Below, one piece after another: positions 38,828 through 47,915 of a stretch of DNA of 64,000 bases. The stretch is from an uncultured delta proteobacterium (GTDB lineage Bacteria > Desulfobacterota > Binatia > JACPRU01): assembly GCA_963745025.1 (NCBI GenBank), contig CAVUWD010000016.1, positions 192,001 to 256,000 on the forward strand. Reading direction: 5' to 3'. Made by a program: the position numbers and the translations under genes. The notes under the pieces are model-generated. The model did no database searches. It saw only the letters and a program-made list of their open reading frames with translations, and was not told the DNA's origin. How positions within the stretch are numbered: position 1 is the first letter of the stretch; every line of letters begins with the position of its first letter.

Positions 38828-40189
38828 TCACGTCGTGTAGGCCGTCTCGCTGTGCTGCGAGAGATCGAGACCCATGCGCTCGTCGTCGATGGGCGCGCGG
38901 AGCGGCGTGATCGCATTGATGATCGTCAGTAGCAGGAAGCTGCCGACACCGCAGAAGACGTAGGTCGCGACCACCGCGATCAGCTGCTTCACCATGAGGC
39001 CGGGGTAACCGTACAAGAGACCGCCGTCGAGCCCGAGCGTGAGGGTCGGGATCGCCGAGTTCACGTCCTTGGTCGCGAACACGCCGGTCAAGAGAGCGCC
39101 GAGCGTCCCGCCGACCATGTGTACGCCGACGACGTCCAACGCATCGTCGTAACCGAAGCGTGCCTTCAAGCTGACGGCGGTGTAACAGATCGCGCCGGCA
39201 AGGCCGCCGATGACGAGGGACGCCATCGGCGTCACGAATCCCGAGGCGGGCGTGACGGCCACCAGGCCGGCGACCGCGCCGGACGCCGCGCCGAGGATCG
39301 TCGGCTTGCCGGATCGTGACCATTCGGCGAACATCCAGCCGAGCGCCGCCGCGGCGGCTGCCGTGTTGGTGTTGACGAAGGCGAAGGCGGCGAGCTCGCT
39401 CGAGGAGGTGGCGCTGCCCGCGTTGAACCCGAACCATCCCACCCACAGCAGCGACGCTCCCACGACGCAGAACGGCAGGTTGTGCGGCGGCATCGGCGTC
39501 TCGGGGTAGCCGACGCGCTTGCCGAGGTAGAGCGCGGTCACGAGCGCGGAGACGCCGCTCGAGATGTGAACGACGGTGCCGCCGGCGAAGTCGATGGCGC
39601 CCACCTTGGATGCGATCCAGCCCCCGCCCCAGACCCAATGGGCAAGCGGATTGTAGATGAACGTCGACCAAAGCAGCATGTAGAGCGCAAAGGCGGGGAA
39701 GCGGAGCCGCTCGGCGAACGTCCCGGAGATCAGCGCGGGAGTGATGATCGCAAAGGTCCCCTGGAAGGCGACGAACACCATCTGCGGGATCGTCGGCGCG
39801 GCTGAGTTTGCGGTGCCGAGGATGCCACGCAATCCGAAGTTCGCCGCGCCGCCGACGATGCCGCCGATGTCCGGGCCGAAGGCCATCGAATATCCGAAGA
39901 GCACCCACGTCACGCTGATCAAGGCGGCGCAGAAGAAGCTGTGCATCAGCGTCGACAGCACGTTCTTCGAGCGCACCAGACCGCCGTAGAAGAGCGCGAG
40001 CCCGGGGATCGTCATCATCAGCACGAGCACGGAGCTGGTGAGCATCCACGCGGTGTCGCCGGTGTCGAATTTCGGGGCCGCGGGCGCCGCGGCCTCTTCC
40101 GCCAACGCGGTCGCGGCACTGATCAGAGCGCCGAGGCCACCGGCAGCGGCCACGCGCAGGGCTGTGCTCCGACCATAAAATATTCTCAT
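38828..40189 (-). CDS. amtB: Ammonium transporter
   Basis: DTAWML, PGLALFYGG, FQGTFAIIT, DFAGGTVVH, WFGFNAGS, DDALDVVGVH (twin His). GGAGGAGG RBS. Confidence 0.97.
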   Translation of the reverse strand: MRIFYGRSTALRVAAAGGLGALISAATALAEEAAAPAAPKFDTGDTAWMLTSSVLVLMMTIPGLALFYGGLVRSKNVLSTLMHSFFCAALISVTWVLFGYSMAFGPDIGGIVGGAANFGLRGILGTANSAAPTIPQMVFVAFQGTFAIITPALISGTFAERLRFPAFALYMLLWSTFIYNPLAHWVWGGGWIASKVGAIDFAGGTVVHISSGVSALVTALYLGKRVGYPETPMPPHNLPFCVVGASLLWVGWFGFNAGSATSSSELAAFAFVNTNTAAAAAALGWMFAEWSRSGKPTILGAASGAVAGLVAVTPASGFVTPMASLVIGGLAGAICYTAVSLKARFGYDDALDVVGVHMVGGTLGALLTGVFATKDVNSAIPTLTLGLDGGLLYGYPGLMVKQLIAVVATYVFCGVGSFLLLTIINAITPLRAPIDDERMGLDLSQHSETAYTT

Positions 40190-40244
40190 TTTATCCTCCT
40201 CCACCGAGCGGGGGAGGTACAAGAGCGAAAAACCTGGGCTCGCG

Positions 40245-40697
40245 TCAAGAGAACGAGGGCAGCACGGCGCGGCGCAACGCGTCGAGGTCGACCGGTTTCG
40301 AGAAGAATTGGAAGGCGCCGAGTCGGAGCGCGAAGTCTCGGCTCTCGGGATCGGTCTGTCCCGAAAGCACCACGACACGGATTCGTCTGGAGCGGTAGCG
40401 GAAATCGTCACGCAGCCGCCGCAGGACTTCCCAGCCGTTGACGCCGGGCATCTTCAGGTCGAGGACCAGCGCGACCACGTTTTCGCGATCGAGGATCGGC
40501 CAGATCTCGCCACCGTCGTCGACGGGAATGGCGACGTAACCCTCGTTCGTCAGCGCACGCTGCAGGACGAGTCGAATCGTTTCGTCGTCGTCGGCGATGA
40601 GCACGATGGGAGACTCGGGTTGGGGGGCGAGAGAGGGAGCAGGGGAGGAGAGGCCGCGTCGGCGGCTCCCCCTCGCTCTTCCCCTGCTCGGCAGCAT
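40245..40697 (-). CDS. Single-domain response regulator (receiver)
   Basis: VLIADDD, LVLDLKMPGVNG, VVVLSG, FFSKP. Start ATG 40697 or GTG 40604. Confidence 0.85.
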   Translation of the reverse strand: MLPSRGRARGSRRRGLSSPAPSLAPQPESPIVLIADDDETIRLVLQRALTNEGYVAIPVDDGGEIWPILDRENVVALVLDLKMPGVNGWEVLRRLRDDFRYRSRRIRVVVLSGQTDPESRDFALRLGAFQFFSKPVDLDALRRAVLPSFS

Positions 40698-40704
40698 GGA
40701 AACT

Positions 40705-42451
40705 TCAGGCGGCTGCCCGATTGACGTGGATACCGACCATATCGGGGTAGCCGTGAGCGCCCATCTCGGGACCGTCGAGGCCCTCGAGCTTCCGTCTCCT
40801 CGCTGACGCGGATCGGCGTGATCAGGTCGCTGAGCTTGAACCAGACGTAGGCCATGCAGAAGCCGAAGACGGCCACCACGGCGGCGTCGATCAGCTGCAT
40901 CGACGAGCTGCGACGCGTCGCCGTAGAGCAGGCCGCGCACGCCGTCCGAGCCGTACGCCTTCACCATCGCGTCGCGGACCACGCCGTTCCAGCCCGCGCC
41001 GTACTCTCCCGTTGGCGAAGATGCCGACGGAGATGACGCCCCAGAGGCCGTTGACGCCGTGAACGGAGATCGCGCCGACCGGGTCGTCGACGCCGCGATT
41101 GTCGCAGAAGAAGACGCTGAAGACCACGAGCACGCCGGCGATGACACCGATGATCGCCGCGCCCAGGGGTCGACGAACGCGCAGGGCGCGGTGATCGCCA
41201 CCAGGCCGGCCAGCATGCCGTTGCACATCATCGACGGGATCGGGCTTCATGCCCTTGCCAGCATCATGGTGAGCATCGCGGCCGATCGGCGCCGGTGACG
41301 CTGGCGAGCATCGTGTTGACGACCACGAAGCTGATCCGCAGGTCGGTGCCGGCGAGCGTCGAGCCCGGATTGAACCCGAACCAGCCGAAGGCCAGGATGA
41401 ACGTGCCGAGCGATCGACCATCGGCATGTGGTGGCCGGGCATGGCCTGCGGCTTGCCGTCGACGTACTTGCCGATGCGCGGGCCGATGACGATCGCGCCG
41501 GCCAGGCCGATGACGCCGCCCATCGCGTGCACGACGCCCGAGCCGGCGAAGTCGACCGCGCCGTGGCCGAGGCCCCAGTTGATGCCCGACCTGGGCCAGC
41601 CAGCCGCCGCCCCACACCCAGTTGGCGTAGAGGCAGTAGGGCAGCGCCACCCACAGGCCGTAGAGGCAGAAGTTCTTCCACGCCCAGCGCTCGGCCATCG
41701 CGCCGGTCGGAATCGTGGCGGTGGTGTCCATGAACACCATCATGAAGAAGAACAGCGCCATCACGCTGACGTCGTCACGACGCCGTTCAGGAAGAAGCCC
41801 TTCGTGCCCGATCAGGCCGTATGTGAACACGCCCGTGGCGTTGCCGGCGGCATCGGTGGCCGCGCCGAGTCCCCAGCCGCTGTTCAGCACCGACGTGCCC
41901 GGTCCGAGCGACGAGTACCAGCCCGGCGCCACCGGGCCGTTGAACCAGTTGCCCCAGCCGATCGCGAAGCCGTAGGCCCAGAACGCGAAGCAGCCGAGCG
42001 GGTAGATCATGAAGTTCATGCCGATCGTGTGCGCCGCGTTCTTCGCGCGGCAGAGCCCGGTCTCGACCATGCAGAACCCGGCCTGCATGAACATGACCAG
42101 GAAGCCCGGCGATCAGCACCCACACGATGTTGATCGAGAACAGGTTGTGGGCGATGCGATCGTAGAGGTCGGTCAGCGCCAGCGAGGATGGCACGTCGCC
42201 CTTGCCGTCGCCGGCCGGCGTCGCCCACACTCCCGCGGCCGCGCCGGTCGGATCGGGCCACAGGGGCTTCGCGGGATCGGGGCTCGCCGCCGTGAAGTAG
42301 GTCGGTAGCTGCGGACCAGCCGGAGCCGGCGCGGCCGCGGGTCCTGCTCGGGCGCCTTCTCCTCCGCCGCGAGCCTGCCGGGCGTGCCGGCGAGCAGCGC
42401 GGCGATCCCCAGGGCACCGAGGAATCCGAGCGTCGCTCTCGAATGCTTCAT
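40705..42451 (-). pseudogene. amt: Second ammonium transporter, broken by many frameshifts (possibly sequencing error)
   Basis: FMQAGF, GAMAER, DFAGSGVVH, WFGFNPGS, LAGLVAIT, DDPVGAISVH and GLDGPEMG lie in order but in alternating frames. Confidence 0.85.
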
Positions 42452-42482
42452 TGGCTCTCTCCTCCTCTTTTCTCGTGGCGAG

Positions 42483-44086
<1,604 letters not shown>

Positions 44087-44153
44087 GCTGCCCTCCCCAC
44101 CGTCGATCGTTGATCGTGTGCCGCCACTGGATTGGTGCGGTCGATCGACGGTA

Positions 44154-44169
44154 AGCAAGACCAACGCCA
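44154..44169 (-). promoter_or_regulatory. Sigma54 (-24/-12) promoter for the porin-glnK-amt operon
   Basis: - strand reads TGGCGT-TGGTC-TTGCT, with GG and GC 10 nt apart. Confidence 0.75.
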
Positions 44170-44278
44170 GATCCCCGGCGATCGGTCGCTTCACGGGATG
44201 CCGTCGATGCCATCGCGGTTTTTTGGGAGTTGGTTCGAGCGGATGACCGGGGATCGTGAGTCGGGGCGCGGAGGACGC

Positions 44279-44313
44279 TGCCCGACAATTCAGCATTGCC
44301 TAGAGAATCGGCG
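44279..44313. promoter_or_regulatory. Two NtrC-like 17-bp enhancer boxes
   Basis: TGCCCGACAATTCAGCA and TGCCTAGAGAATCGGCG resemble TGCAC-N7-GTGCA and sit between two sigma54 promoters. Confidence 0.45.
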
Positions 44314-44386
44314 GCCTCTCGCGCGCAAGTTCACACCTGACGCGCGACCACTTCGATCGGCAGCACCATTCCGCGCTCGCCTTCGT

Positions 44387-44402
44387 TGGTATTGCCCTTG
44401 CA
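44387..44402 (+). promoter_or_regulatory. Sigma54 (-24/-12) promoter for the second P-II gene
   Basis: TGGTAT-TGCCC-TTGCA, with GG and GC 10 nt apart. Confidence 0.7.
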
Positions 44403-44629
44403 CCCAAAAACGCGGAGGGTTGACCCGTGAGTCTGAGGATGGATCTGCCGAGGCCCCTCGACGGATTCACAGTTCGACCGAAGACGAGATGCGAGGGCGG
44501 GCGGGCTAATTTCGCAACTCGGTCGCCGTTCTGTTCATGAACCGGAGCTTCTTTCGCCGTCGCGGTCGGACGGTCACCGCACAGTTCCTGAAGCGGGTCG
44601 GTCTCGGCCCGGCCGCCCGGGGCGAGTGC

Positions 44630-44968
44630 GTGAAGAAGGTCGAAGCGATCATCCAGCCGTTCAAGCTGGACGAGGTCAAAGCCGCTCTGGCGGCCGAGGG
44701 CATCCGCGGCATCACGGTCATGGAGGTCCAGGGGTTCGGCCGCCAAAAGGGGCACCCGGATCTCTATCGAGGCGCCGAATACGCCATCGACTTGCGTAAC
44801 AAGATCAAGCTCGAAATTTTCGTTGCTGCGTCTCAAGTGGCCACCGTCTGCAAGACGATCGAGCAGAGCGCCAGGACCGGACGCATCGGCGACGGGAAAA
44901 TCTTCATCAGCCAGGTCGACGAGGTCGTGCGGATTCGCACCGGCGAGCGCGGAACCGAGGCACTGTGA
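44630..44968 (+). CDS. glnB: P-II family protein (divergent T-loop)
   Basis: 112 aa from [38 protein letters not shown]. glnB vs glnK cannot be decided. Confidence 0.9.
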   Translation: MKKVEAIIQPFKLDEVKAALAAEGIRGITVMEVQGFGRQKGHPDLYRGAEYAIDLRNKIKLEIFVAASQVATVCKTIEQSARTGRIGDGKIFISQVDEVVRIRTGERGTEAL

Positions 44969-45111
44969 GAATCGCAATCGCGGCGGTGGCCACCGTGGTG
45001 GTGCTGCTCGTCGGCGTCGCCGGGGCGCCTCCGCTGCCCGTGGCTATCGGCGGCCTGGCGGCGTTCGGGTGGATCTGGTGGCGCTCGGGGCGCGGTGCCG
45101 CGAAGCTCTGA
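44965..45111 (+). CDS. 48-aa two-TM small membrane protein (not in the ORF track)
   Basis: GTGA overlap with the P-II stop. MRIAIAAVATVVVLLVGVAGAPPLPVAIGGLAAFGWIWWRSGRGAAKL. Confidence 0.55.
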   Translation: MRIAIAAVATVVVLLVGVAGAPPLPVAIGGLAAFGWIWWRSGRGAAKL

Positions 45112-45138
45112 ACGGAGGCTCGCCCGGCCGGCGCCGTG

Positions 45139-45303
45139 TCAGGCGCCGCGCTTGGCCATCAGGATCCGGCGCCGCAGCGCGAGCACGGTCTCGTCTCGCC
45201 GGATCCAGCAGCGCGTCTCGACGTAGAGCACGCCGCGGCCCGGCCAGTGCTGGACGAGCTCGCCGACCGCGTAGTCTTCGAAGAATCGTCCCCGCCGCTG
45301 CAT
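45139..45303 (-). pseudogene. MaoC-family dehydratase remnant with an in-frame internal deletion (54 aa, not in the ORF track)
   Basis: MQRRGRFFEDYAVGELVQHWPGR joined to GVLYVETRCWIRRDETVLALRRRILMAKRGA: the MaoC N- and C-termini without the catalytic middle. Confidence 0.7.
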
Positions 45304-45363
45304 GCGATTCCCTGCTTGCGGTCTCTTCCGAAATGGGACAATTTCGACAAAGGCAAGTTCGGC

Positions 45364-46506
45364 ATGTCGTTAGAGCTCCGAGAAGAAACGATCGACGCCG
45401 TCCTCCGCGAGGCACGGACGCTTGCGCCTGCAATCGCTCTACCGTCGCGCGACGACTCGGGACGCGAGCTTTCCGTCGCCGAGATGGTGGCGTTCTTCTA
45501 TTCCAAGCATGACGCCGAGAGCCTCCGGGCGGCGGCCGTCGCCCGACGCGGGCGGCGTGCCTTCGATCTCGAGACGTTCTCGCCCCTCTACCTGACCAAT
45601 ACCTGCGACTCCGAATGCAAGATGTGCGGAATGCGGAGGGACAATCGGGAGCTCGAGCGGCAGACCGCGAATCCCGCGGAGATCCAAGGACAGCTCGAGA
45701 TCCTTTGGGCACGAGGAGTCTTGGCGGTCGCGCTGCTCACCGGCGAGTACCAGCGCGATACCCGACAGTGGTCGATCGCGCTGACGCGCGACGCGCTCCG
45801 CCGGGCGCTCACGCTCGGCTTCCGCCACATATTGATCAACATCGGGTCGCTCGACGAGCGCGAGCTCGCGGATCTGCTTGCCGACGTCCCGCGCGGCGCC
45901 GACGGCCGCACGCTGCCCAAGGTGACTCTCTGCACCTTCCAGGAGACCTACGACCGCGAGACCTACCGCCGCTTCATGGGTGACAATCGCGAAAACCCGC
46001 GCGCCGACTTCGAGCGGCGTCTGGAAAACTTCGATCGCGCCGCGCGTGCCGGGATGCGTGTCGTCAATCCCGGCGTGCTGCTCGGTCTGTGTGCCGATCT
46101 CGCCTACGAGCTCACCGCGCTCGCGCTGCACGTTCGCCATCTACTCGCGCTCGGGCTCGAGGTCTACGTGTCGGTGCCGCGCCTGCGCCAAGCCTCCGGC
46201 GCCGAGAACTCGCGCGGTGTGTCCGACGACGAATTCGTCCGGCTCGTGGCGATACTCTCCTTGGGTGTTCCCGAGGCGAAGATCGTCATCACCACGCGGG
46301 AGTCGTCGGAAGTGCAGCGTCGGGTGTTGCCGATGGTGAGCGTGTTGTCGGCGGGCTCGTCGGCGGTCGCGCCCTATACCGAGACGGGAGCGCGCTTCCC
46401 GCTCGAAGCAAGCCAGTTCAAGGTCATCGACCAGCGACCGATCGAAACGATCCTCGCCGAGTACATCGCCGAGGGGGTTCGCTTCGAAAACTACCAAGCG
46501 CCGTAG
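45364..46506 (+). CDS. Radical SAM aromatic amino-acid lyase, NosL/NocL-like (3-methyl-2-indolic acid synthase-like)
   Basis: PLYLTNTCDSECKMC, QLEIL, LTGEY, NIGS, CTFQETYDRETYRRFMG, NPGVLLGL, SVPR, TTRE, VAPY and SQF match nosiheptide NosL as recalled. No HydG C-terminal Cys motif. Confidence 0.85.
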   Translation: MSLELREETIDAVLREARTLAPAIALPSRDDSGRELSVAEMVAFFYSKHDAESLRAAAVARRGRRAFDLETFSPLYLTNTCDSECKMCGMRRDNRELERQTANPAEIQGQLEILWARGVLAVALLTGEYQRDTRQWSIALTRDALRRALTLGFRHILINIGSLDERELADLLADVPRGADGRTLPKVTLCTFQETYDRETYRRFMGDNRENPRADFERRLENFDRAARAGMRVVNPGVLLGLCADLAYELTALALHVRHLLALGLEVYVSVPRLRQASGAENSRGVSDDEFVRLVAILSLGVPEAKIVITTRESSEVQRRVLPMVSVLSAGSSAVAPYTETGARFPLEASQFKVIDQRPIETILAEYIAEGVRFENYQAP

Positions 46507-46551
46507 GCGCGGGTGGACGTCTCGGCCGGGCGGTCGTCCAGCGGATCGGGC

Positions 46552-47910
46552 TCAGGCCTTCATCAGCCGGCGGCGCCGGAGCCGGGTCCGCAGCACGCGG
46601 CCGAGCACGTTTAGGGCCGTCGCGGCATCCATCCTCGGCCACTCCAGGAGCGCCTCCATGACGCTCGCCGGCTTGCGTCCGGGCCTTCGCCAATCCGCGA
46701 TCTGCGTCGGCTTGTAGACCTTCGGCGTGCGCACGAGCGCGGTCGGATCCAGCAGGTCGCCGCGTCGCGCGGCCTCGGCCACCACCGGTACGCCGAGCTT
46801 CTCGCTCGCCGCGCGCACGGCCCGAACATCGATCGCGGGTCGAGCGCCGTCGACTTCCACGCAGAACACCACGTCCGCCGCGCGAATGACCGCGAAGAAG
46901 ACGCGCGAACCGTGCGCCTCCGCCAGATCGTAGCCGCAGTCGAGGATGTCGGCGGGGTAAACGCGCTTGCCGGCGAAATCGGCCACCTCGTCTTGCCGAC
47001 CGAGCAGGTCGATCGCCGGCTCGGGGCGGCCGCAGGCGCAGGGAATCACGCGGATGAAGTCGCGCGTCAGGTAGCGGACGAGCGGCATGGCCTTCGGGCC
47101 GAGGTGGGTGAGCGCGAACACGCCTGGCTCGCCGGGCTCGACCGGCTTCAGCGTTTCGGGATCGAGCACCTCCGCCACGAACAGGCGGGTGTCGAGGTGA
47201 AGCGTTCCCCGCTGGCAGGAGGCGCCGAGGAACAGCGTCTCGTTCGAGCCGTAGATCTCGCGCACCGTGACGCGCCAGTCGCGTTCGACCATGCGTCGCA
47301 TGGCGGCGGGCAGCGGCGCTCCGGCGAGCACCGCCATCTCGAGCGAGTCGAGCTCGCGAGCGGGATCGATGCCGAGCGTCAGCGCGAGCTCCCGGAGCAA
47401 GAACATTTCCAGCGGCAGACAAGCGATGATCTGCGGCCGCAGCGTGCGCAGAAAGTCGAGAGCGCGGGGGAAGGGGACGTCCCAGGAGAGGTTTCCGCAC
47501 GGAATGTGGCAGCCCCCTTGGAGCTGGAGTGCCGACTCGATGCAGAAGGAGATCGGCGCGAAGGAGGGGAAGCGATCGAGGAAGATCTTTCCCGGCGTCC
47601 ACTCGGGAAACCATCGCGCCACCGACTGCCCCATGATCGCGAATTCTTCCTTTCGGTACCAGCAGGCGATGGGCTGTCCCGTCGTTCCCGTCGATTCGTG
47701 ATAGTGCCAGAGTTCTTCGCGCGGCACCGCGAGCATGCCGAACGGCGTCGCCTCGCGGAGATGGTCTTTGCTGGTGACCGGCAAGCGATCGAGGTCGGCG
47801 AGCGAGCGCGCCTCGCTCTTCTTCAAATGCTCGGCGTAGAAGGGTGCGCGGCGCGCAAGCGACACGGTCTCGCGAAGGAGCGCCTCGGCGTCGGGATGGG
47901 TCGCGTACAC
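46552..47910 (-). CDS. Phenylacetate-CoA ligase (PaaK/F390) family adenylate-forming enzyme
   Basis: APFY, LPVTSKDHLR, HESTGTTGQP, EIYGSNE, MPLVRYLTRD, CACGR, LGRQDE. Confidence 0.88.
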   Translation of the reverse strand: MYATHPDAEALLRETVSLARRAPFYAEHLKKSEARSLADLDRLPVTSKDHLREATPFGMLAVPREELWHYHESTGTTGQPIACWYRKEEFAIMGQSVARWFPEWTPGKIFLDRFPSFAPISFCIESALQLQGGCHIPCGNLSWDVPFPRALDFLRTLRPQIIACLPLEMFLLRELALTLGIDPARELDSLEMAVLAGAPLPAAMRRMVERDWRVTVREIYGSNETLFLGASCQRGTLHLDTRLFVAEVLDPETLKPVEPGEPGVFALTHLGPKAMPLVRYLTRDFIRVIPCACGRPEPAIDLLGRQDEVADFAGKRVYPADILDCGYDLAEAHGSRVFFAVIRAADVVFCVEVDGARPAIDVRAVRAASEKLGVPVVAEAARRGDLLDPTALVRTPKVYKPTQIADWRRPGRKPASVMEALLEWPRMDAATALNVLGRVLRTRLRRRRLMKA

Positions 47911-47915
47911 GGGCG

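Noticed and set aside
40245-41231. Apparent Amt-receiver fusion ORF
   Set aside because: It results from the amt frameshifts. Amt has its own C-terminus and stop at 40705 in another frame, followed by a GAGCAGGGGA/TCCCCTGCTC hairpin
44099-44152. 11-bp perfect inverted repeat upstream of the porin
   Set aside because: One arm lies mostly upstream of the predicted TSS and it is built from the very common CGATCG word
45364-46506. Annotation as ThiH, HydG or BioB
   Set aside because: Motifs match NosL much better. There is no HydG C-terminal cluster motif and no thi, hyd or bio neighbours
46552-47910. Ordinary phenylacetate catabolism (paaK)
   Set aside because: No paaABCDE or other paa genes are in the window, so only family membership is supported
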